From Rhodospirillaceae bacterium (GTDB taxonomy: Bacteria > Pseudomonadota > Alphaproteobacteria > SHVP01), in assembly GCA_002722055.1 (NCBI GenBank), contig PBKD01000014.1, positions 16,533 to 80,532 on the forward strand: DNA of 64,000 nucleotides, given 5' to 3'. Under the pieces are notes generated by a model that ran no database searches, was not told the origin of the DNA, and saw nothing but the letters and a program-made list of their open reading frames with translations. Shown here one piece after another: positions 57,957 through 64,000 of this stretch. The translations under genes were made by a program, and so were the position numbers. Position 1 is the stretch's first letter. Every line of letters starts with the position of its first letter.

Positions 57957-58618
57957 AAGGGTTTGAATAGGCCCAGTGCTGTATTTAAAACAACTATAAC
58001 CCATATTGACCATATCCAGGGTTTTCCTTTTATGATTAATGAAGAAATAGTTTTTTCTACTTCTGGCGAGGATCCCTCTGAAATCAATCTTTCAAAAGCA
58101 GGGCCAAACGGTTTAAACATTATATTTACCGCTATTAAAACCCCAACTGTAATTGCAAAAAGAGCGAGTTTGATTTTTAACCAATTTTCTGAAATGAATA
58201 AGTCAGAAAATATGGAAATAAGAACAGCAAAAGTTACCAAGACTAAGACTAACCAATTCCAAATATTTTCATAGGGTAAAAGTTTTTTTCCCCATTTCGG
58301 AGCAGTTGGTCTATGGATAGTCCAAATTAACCAAGCCCATAAAAAACCAATAATCCAAAAAACTATAAGCCACTCAAAATTCAAAGGAACCCAACCTCTT
58401 AAACTACCAATACTCAGTCCTGAAGGTAAAATTAAAGTCATTGAAAGCCTAGGAAAAATATCAACACCCTTCAAAACTCTCGCCAACACGGCCCTTTGGG
58501 GAGGAGAATATTCTTTGTTAAGAATAAGCATAGCAGAATAATAAGTACCCATATCTGCTCCTAGCCAAAAAGCCATTAGCAAAACGTGAACAAAAATAAA
58601 AAATGTTGTATAGTCCAT
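57953..58618 (-). CDS. Hypothetical polytopic membrane protein
   Basis: It is 221 aa with 5-6 predicted TM helices and no confident family assignment. There is a 4-nt overlap with the nitrilase stop on the opposite strand. Confidence 0.45.
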   Translation of the reverse strand: MDYTTFFIFVHVLLMAFWLGADMGTYYSAMLILNKEYSPPQRAVLARVLKGVDIFPRLSMTLILPSGLSIGSLRGWVPLNFEWLIVFWIIGFLWAWLIWTIHRPTAPKWGKKLLPYENIWNWLVLVLVTFAVLISIFSDLFISENWLKIKLALFAITVGVLIAVNIMFKPFGPAFERLISEGSSPEVEKTISSLIIKGKPWIWSIWVIVVLNTALGLFKPF

Positions 58619-58703
58619 ATTGAGCTTAATAAAACCTCTTAGTATTTATTTATAAATAAAATAAACTATATGCTTGATTTATGTAAATAGTGAGATTTGA
58701 AAT

Positions 58704-59483
58704 ATGGAAAAAAAAAATAAAAGAGTTGCTATTATAACAGGATCTGCAAAAGGTATAGGCAAAGCTATTGCTGAAAAATTTATTGAACAAAATATTCAAG
58801 TTATTTTAGCTGATATAAACGAAGAAAAGTTGCATGAAACCTCATTAGAAATTGACCCATCAAAAAAAAATACAGATTCTATAAAACTTGATGTAAGCTC
58901 TGAAGAAGAAATAAATAAACTTAAACAATTTGTTCTAAAAAAATATGGTAAATTAGATATTCTAGTTAACAATGCAGGGATAGCGCCGAATAGGTTAATT
59001 GAAGATCAATCTTTAGGAGAATGGGAAAGAGTTCTTAAAGTAAATTTAACAGGGACCTTTTTATGTTCAAGAATGGCAATTGAATTAATGAAAAAGCAAA
59101 AAGACAAATTGAAGTATATACTTAATATAAGTTCTATATCTGGGGCAGTAGGATCGGTAGGCAGAAGTGCTTATGGAGTTTCTAAGGCAGGTATTATTCA
59201 ACTTACCAAACAAATGGCGACAGAATTTGCCGAATTTAAAATTCTTGTTAACTCTATCTCGCCAGGACCTGTAAATACAGATCTTACCAGTAATTCCGAA
59301 AAAGCTTTTGAAAGTTACATATCCAGAATACCACTAGGTAAGTTTGCTGAAAAAAATTCTATCGCAACAGCAGCAGTGTTTCTTACTTCCAAAGAATGCG
59401 ACTTTATAACCGGCCACACCCTTAATATTGATGGAGGTTTTCTTGCAGGAGGAATTAATTTTCCCAAGACTGATTTAAAATAA
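58704..59483 (+). CDS. SDR-family oxidoreductase (FabG-like)
   Basis: It has TGSAKGIGKA, NNAG, the S-Y-K triad (SISG...YGVSK) and PGPVNT. Confidence 0.85.
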   Translation: MEKKNKRVAIITGSAKGIGKAIAEKFIEQNIQVILADINEEKLHETSLEIDPSKKNTDSIKLDVSSEEEINKLKQFVLKKYGKLDILVNNAGIAPNRLIEDQSLGEWERVLKVNLTGTFLCSRMAIELMKKQKDKLKYILNISSISGAVGSVGRSAYGVSKAGIIQLTKQMATEFAEFKILVNSISPGPVNTDLTSNSEKAFESYISRIPLGKFAEKNSIATAAVFLTSKECDFITGHTLNIDGGFLAGGINFPKTDLK

Positions 59484-59503
59484 TCAATGATAGGAGAATA
59501 AAG

Positions 59504-61192
59504 ATGGAAAGTATTGATTATCAAGAAAAATTTTGGCGGAACCCAAAGAATTTAAAAAGAGACTATTCAGACTGTAGATTTGGCCAAATTCACTACAGAA
59601 TTGTTTCAAATAACGATTCAAGTAAAAGACCTTTAATATGCTTTCACTTAAGTCCAAACTCAAGCAGAGTTTATAATCCCATAATTTCTAAATTAGGTGA
59701 ACAAAGAACCTGTATAGCAGCAGATACTCCAGGTTTTGGTGAGTCAGATTCACCAATCTCTCCGCCAAACATTCAAGACTATGCCGCATCTATGGGTGAA
59801 CTAGTTGATAACCTTAATTTTAAAGAAATTGATGTTATGGGCTATCATACAGGAAGTAAAATTGCTCTAACTTTAGCATTACAAAGACCAAAACAAATAA
59901 AAAAAATTATCCTTATTTCAGCACCAGTATATTCAGATGAGGAACTAAAGAATCAAAAACTTACAATGGGGCATAAAAAAGTAGATCAATCATTTGATGA
60001 TGGAAATCATTTAAAAAAGAGATGGTATGGACACCTCAAGTGGGTTGATAAAGATGCACCTGTGATATTTACGCATAGAGAAGTAGTAGAGTCCCTAAGA
60101 GGTGGTGAAAATTCTTGGTGGGGCCATAGAGCAGCTTTCGAGGTGAGCCATAAAGACTTGATACCTAAAATAGAACAACCCATTTTAATTTTATGTCCAA
60201 ATGATGATTTATTAGAACCAACACTTAGAGCAGAAAAATTATTGAATAGAGGCGAGTTAGTCAGATTAGATGACTGCTCTCATGGTATGTTTGAAACAAA
60301 AAGTAAAAAAATTTCAAAAGTAATTAATAAATTTTTGGATACAAAATTAGTTGAGCATGAGATAACAAAACAAATAATTACACCAGATTCAGAATCAAAG
60401 AATTTAAAAAAAGTAAAAAAAAATTATATAGATTCTTTATATGGACAACTTCATTATCGAAAAGCTGGCACTCTAACATCATCACCTCCTCTTATCTGTT
60501 TTCATATGAGCCCTAACTCAGGAAAAATTTATGAAAAATTTATGAAAGAGATGAGCAAAGATAGAATTATCTACGCTCCAGATACACCTGGTTTTGGGGA
60601 ATCAGACCCTCCATTTCAAGAACCATCTATAGAAGATTACGCAAAAACAATGTCTGATTTCATTGATAAACTAGGCCTTAAAAAAATTGATTTAATTGGT
60701 TATCATACAGGTTCAATTACATGCATTGCACTAGCAATTTTGAGACCAGACATAATAAGAAGAATAATACAAATATCCTGCCCAATATATAATAAAGATG
60801 AACTAGAAATTAGGAAAAATAATTACCAGAGACAACCCATTAAAAAAAATGGTGATCATTTAATTAATAAATGGAAATTTATGTTACCATTTTATGGAAA
60901 AAAAACTCCAAGATCTATTTTAATAAGAAATTTTTCTGAAGGTTTAAGAGGAGGCCCTTTTTCTCATTGGGGACATAAAGCAGCCTTTAATTATGATTTA
61001 AAAAATAACATCCAAAAAATAAATAATCCAATTCTGATAGTTAATCCAAATGATGATCTGGTAAAACAAACTCCAAGGGGGGTAAAATTTGCAAAAAATG
61101 CAACCTTATTTGAAATCAAAGAGTACGGTCATGGTTTTCTTGATATTATTACTGAAAAGTTCTCTGCAAAAGTAAGAGAGTTTCTGAGTTAA
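59504..61192 (+). CDS. Fused tandem alpha/beta-hydrolase-fold protein (two ~280-aa repeats) with non-canonical GYHTGS nucleophile elbows
   Basis: There is an internal duplication. Both repeats carry CFH[LM]SPNS, DTPGFGESD and the elbow [MI]GYHTGS in place of GxSxG or GHDWG. It lies 20 bp downstream of the SDR gene. Confidence 0.7.
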   Translation: MESIDYQEKFWRNPKNLKRDYSDCRFGQIHYRIVSNNDSSKRPLICFHLSPNSSRVYNPIISKLGEQRTCIAADTPGFGESDSPISPPNIQDYAASMGELVDNLNFKEIDVMGYHTGSKIALTLALQRPKQIKKIILISAPVYSDEELKNQKLTMGHKKVDQSFDDGNHLKKRWYGHLKWVDKDAPVIFTHREVVESLRGGENSWWGHRAAFEVSHKDLIPKIEQPILILCPNDDLLEPTLRAEKLLNRGELVRLDDCSHGMFETKSKKISKVINKFLDTKLVEHEITKQIITPDSESKNLKKVKKNYIDSLYGQLHYRKAGTLTSSPPLICFHMSPNSGKIYEKFMKEMSKDRIIYAPDTPGFGESDPPFQEPSIEDYAKTMSDFIDKLGLKKIDLIGYHTGSITCIALAILRPDIIRRIIQISCPIYNKDELEIRKNNYQRQPIKKNGDHLINKWKFMLPFYGKKTPRSILIRNFSEGLRGGPFSHWGHKAAFNYDLKNNIQKINNPILIVNPNDDLVKQTPRGVKFAKNATLFEIKEYGHGFLDIITEKFSAKVREFLS

Positions 61193-61215
61193 TTTACTCA
61201 ACAATGAAAAAAATT

Positions 61216-61662
61216 TTACTTGACTTTTTTTTCCTGAATTATTGTTCTTTGAAAACATCTATCATCCTTAAACCAATGCCATGTTCTAGTTCTAAAAGAA
61301 TCATCTGAGCTAATTTGTATAAGTTCATATAAGTAAGATGTAGGTATATCTTTTCGAGTCCATGTTAAAGCTAAGGAACGGTTATCTAGTTCCCAAACAG
61401 ACCCATATATCCTATCATTATCAAACCAAATTCTTTTATCTTTATATGTCCCAGGGAAATGTATCTCTTCTTTCTTTCCATCTTTCCATGAATATCTATT
61501 TATTTGATAATACGGGTTTGGGCCATGGTCTGGAAAACTACAAGATAATTGAGCTCTGTGAGTATCAATTATCTCTCCCTTGATATTTAAATGTATGTAA
61601 CTGCCATCCCAATCACCCTCATGTCTGTACATAACAGGCATCATTTTTTTAATTTCATTCAT
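61216..61662 (-). CDS. Hypothetical protein (148 aa), W/Y-rich
   Basis: It is a clean ORF convergent with the tandem hydrolase, with no recognisable motif. Confidence 0.4.
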   Translation of the reverse strand: MNEIKKMMPVMYRHEGDWDGSYIHLNIKGEIIDTHRAQLSCSFPDHGPNPYYQINRYSWKDGKKEEIHFPGTYKDKRIWFDNDRIYGSVWELDNRSLALTWTRKDIPTSYLYELIQISSDDSFRTRTWHWFKDDRCFQRTIIQEKKVK

Positions 61663-61795
61663 AATAAACCTCCGTATATTAAGTAAAATAAATAAATATT
61701 AAAATTTAGACAAGACTCTTTCGTTTCATCTTTGCATTAATTTGTACAGAGGGTTAGAATACTGATCTAATTTAAATATTTATTAGGAATTATAA

Positions 61796-62989
61796 ATGAC
61801 CAGATATGTTCAACATGGCCTTAAAGTAAAATCTAAACCAGATGAAATTGCTAGACAGAATTTTATGCTCAATATGAGAAGCTATGTTATGCTTGATATG
61901 GCTATGGGTATGAAAAAAATTTATGATAATAATATTGAACCAAATTTCAAAAAATTAAATAAAAGAAAACCAAAAAATGGTGATGAAATTCATAAAACAA
62001 TCAAAAAAGATACATATTTTAAATTTTATTCATCAATCAGATGCAATGCTCAGGAAATGGTATTCAGATCAGTTATTCCTCCAATTGAAAGGTCAATGAT
62101 AGATCTCAAGAAAAAAGCTAAGAAGCTATCAACTTCAAAAAAAGCTAATGGTAGTTTAAAAATTGATAAAAAACTAACTATTCCAAAGAGTGTTTCTGCA
62201 TTAGATGTTCATCTTATGCCAGGTTGCTACCATTCAGAACACTCAGAAAATGATCTAACTCAAGGAGCACTTTACGATAATGGTGTTTCAGTATTTAGTA
62301 TGGGTTTTTTTGGAGAAAAATTAGATGATATTGGAAGTTCAATTTCACTGTTTATAAAAAAGAAATATCCAAAATTTAAACCAGTTAGAATCTTAGATCT
62401 TGGTTGTACTGTTGGCCATAACACCCTGCCTTGGAATAAGGTTTACCCAAAAGCAGAAATTCATGCAGTAGATGTGGGAGCACCAGTATTGAGATACGGT
62501 CATGCTAGAGCACAATCAGAGGGAATAAGTGTACATTTCCATCAACAAAATGCAGAAAAAACTAATTTTGAAAATAATAGTTTTGATCTTGTATTTTCTT
62601 CTATGTTTTTACACGAAGTCCCAAAAAAAGGTATTAAACAAATTATAAGGGAAGCCAAAAGGCTTTTGAAACCTGGTGGACTTATGCTTCATATGGAATT
62701 ACCTCCAAATAAAATGCTTGATGCCTATAATAGTTTCTATCTTGATTGGGATAGCTATTATAATAAAGAACCTTACTATAAAACCTTTAGAGATATGATA
62801 CCTGAAAAAGTATGTTCCGAGGCTGGTTTCTCAAAAAATAAATTTGTTCAATTTATTATTCCTAGTATTGGACAGTTTGGAGAAGAAGAGATAATCAAAT
62901 CTGTAAATTCTCAAAATGGTAATGTAGATGATAGAACTGGTCGTTTCACCAAAGGTATCCATTGGTATTGTTTCGGATCATGGAAATAA
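61796..62989 (+). CDS. Class I SAM-dependent methyltransferase with N-terminal extension, paralog B
   Basis: It has motif I ILDLGCTVGH, plus AVDVGAPVLRY, HFHQQNAEKT and FDLVFS...LLKPGGLML. It is co-linear with the paralog at 20155. Confidence 0.75.
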   Translation: MTRYVQHGLKVKSKPDEIARQNFMLNMRSYVMLDMAMGMKKIYDNNIEPNFKKLNKRKPKNGDEIHKTIKKDTYFKFYSSIRCNAQEMVFRSVIPPIERSMIDLKKKAKKLSTSKKANGSLKIDKKLTIPKSVSALDVHLMPGCYHSEHSENDLTQGALYDNGVSVFSMGFFGEKLDDIGSSISLFIKKKYPKFKPVRILDLGCTVGHNTLPWNKVYPKAEIHAVDVGAPVLRYGHARAQSEGISVHFHQQNAEKTNFENNSFDLVFSSMFLHEVPKKGIKQIIREAKRLLKPGGLMLHMELPPNKMLDAYNSFYLDWDSYYNKEPYYKTFRDMIPEKVCSEAGFSKNKFVQFIIPSIGQFGEEEIIKSVNSQNGNVDDRTGRFTKGIHWYCFGSWK

Positions 62990-62992
62990 ATT

Positions 62993-63331
62993 ATGTCAGA
63001 AAATGATAATAAACTTCGTTATTCTGTAAGAGGAAAAAAATCTAGATTTTTTGAATCAGACGGTGTTGATGAACTTGTTTCAATATGTATGTCTATTGCT
63101 CAGGAACTTTGGGTGGTTAAGGAGGAATTAGCACTTTTAAAAAATTTAACTTTAGAAAAAGGTCTACTAACAAAAAAAGAATTAGAAAACTTTAAATTTA
63201 CTGTTAAACAAAAAACAGAATTAGATAATGAAAATAAAGACTTTATAGACAGAGTATTTTTCACACTAAGAGAGAGTGTTGAGTCAGTTGATTCAAACCA
63301 TGACGAACCAAACCCACCTCCTATTCCATAA
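62993..63331 (+). CDS. Hypothetical acidic protein (112 aa) ending in NPPPIP
   Basis: It begins 4 nt after the methyltransferase stop and is predicted mostly helical. No family can be assigned. Confidence 0.4.
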   Translation: MSENDNKLRYSVRGKKSRFFESDGVDELVSICMSIAQELWVVKEELALLKNLTLEKGLLTKKELENFKFTVKQKTELDNENKDFIDRVFFTLRESVESVDSNHDEPNPPPIP

Positions 63332-63332
63332 A

Positions 63333-64000
63333 TTAAAAATATTTTTTAATAAATAAATCTATTTCATTAGCCATTTTTCTAGGCTGATCCTGACTGACTC
63401 TATGATTAGATCCGCTAATAGTTCTTTCATGGCTTATACTTATCAAGTCAGATAATTTTTTTGACTTTTCTTTAGGGAAAACATCTGATTTTTCTCCACG
63501 AAGTATAAGAGTTGGGCACTTTATATCAATCTCATCCCATATTTCTCTCTCTAATTCAGACTCAGTTTTTTTAACACCTGGTGGATAATATAGCCATTGA
63601 TATGTATTATTCTCCATTAATTTGAAGCTATACTTTGAATAATGATCCTTCATTTCATCTGACCATAATTCACTAAAAGGCATAGAATTTCTTGCAACTT
63701 CCAAATTTTTAAATTGAAAAGAGTTAATGATTTCCTTTTGCACATTTTCACTTATTGTTTTATCAAGTGATAATCCAGGATCAGCAACAACTATCGCTTC
63801 AACTAAATCTTGAAATTTAGACGCAAAGAGAATGGCAATATTTCCTCCAGTAGCCGCGCCAACTAAAATAATTTTTTTCAAAGACAATTTATTACAAAAA
63901 ATTTCAAGATCTTTTAAGTAATCATTTATTAGATAATTATTTTCTGGATAATCAGATAAGCCATGTCCTCTTGCATCCCAAGCAATGAACCTATTATCAA
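63333..64000 (-). CDS. Alpha/beta-hydrolase-fold protein, N-terminus beyond the window end, with a VGAATGG elbow (Ser replaced by Ala)
   Basis: The reading frame continues upstream past 63887 to the window edge (..HGLSDYPENNYLINDYLKDLEIFCNKLSLKKIILVGAATGG..). The nucleophile-elbow position carries Ala. Confidence 0.55.
   Translation of the reverse strand, partial: DNRFIAWDARGHGLSDYPENNYLINDYLKDLEIFCNKLSLKKIILVGAATGGNIAILFASKFQDLVEAIVVADPGLSLDKTISENVQKEIINSFQFKNLEVARNSMPFSELWSDEMKDHYSKYSFKLMENNTYQWLYYPPGVKKTESELEREIWDEIDIKCPTLILRGEKSDVFPKEKSKKLSDLISISHERTISGSNHRVSQDQPRKMANEIDLFIKKYF

Noticed and set aside
1-64000. tRNA, rRNA, CRISPR arrays, transposases, integrases and phage genes
   Set aside because: A by-eye scan found no GC-rich ~75-nt cloverleaf candidates and no GTTC/TPsiC-arm-like conserved blocks in spacers. 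No repeat-spacer arrays were seen. No ORF had recombinase, transposase or capsid motifs. The only repeats found are the two tandem promoter repeats reported above.

Overview
This is an AT-rich, densely coding window with short intergenic spacers and many 1-4 nt start/stop overlaps. The gene content points to a streamlined marine alphaproteobacterium, probably SAR11/Pelagibacterales-like, because it carries a convergent ctrA-chpT pair, a DUF3553 mini-protein, a sarcosine oxidase soxBDAG operon and many ABC/TRAP uptake systems. That taxonomic call is an inference from gene content, not a database hit. The first ~40 kb is mostly core-like. It holds ctrA/chpT, Moco biosynthesis genes mobA and moaA next to two tandem form-II CoxL-like molybdo-oxidoreductase genes, nadK, and a dpp-like ABC operon with no binding protein. 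It also holds a PiT phosphate transporter, soxBDAG, rapZ, a GAPDH-MFS pair, the copper chaperones PCuAC/Sco1 and a highly expressed-looking orphan family-5 binding protein. The last ~24 kb looks like an accessory catabolic patch. It carries a second dpp-like ABC system with a Tat-signal binding protein and a 3' FMN reductase. It also carries an ABM/LLM/SDR trio, an AKR, a PQQ sugar dehydrogenase, a TRAP transporter and an FAD aromatic-type monooxygenase. These sit divergent from a fused double nitrilase whose second domain lacks the catalytic Cys, followed by a fused double alpha/beta-hydrolase with non-canonical GYHTGS nucleophile elbows, and two paralogous N-extended SAM methyltransferases ~40 kb apart. 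The non-coding curiosities are a perfect 61-bp x2 tandem repeat directly upstream of soxB, an 18-bp x2 tandem repeat between the monooxygenase and the nitrilase, an unusually long (~460 bp) AT-rich divergent spacer, an intra-operon 13-bp-stem hairpin after the binding-protein gene, and two clean intrinsic terminators. I saw no rRNA, tRNA, CRISPR, transposase, integrase or phage genes.
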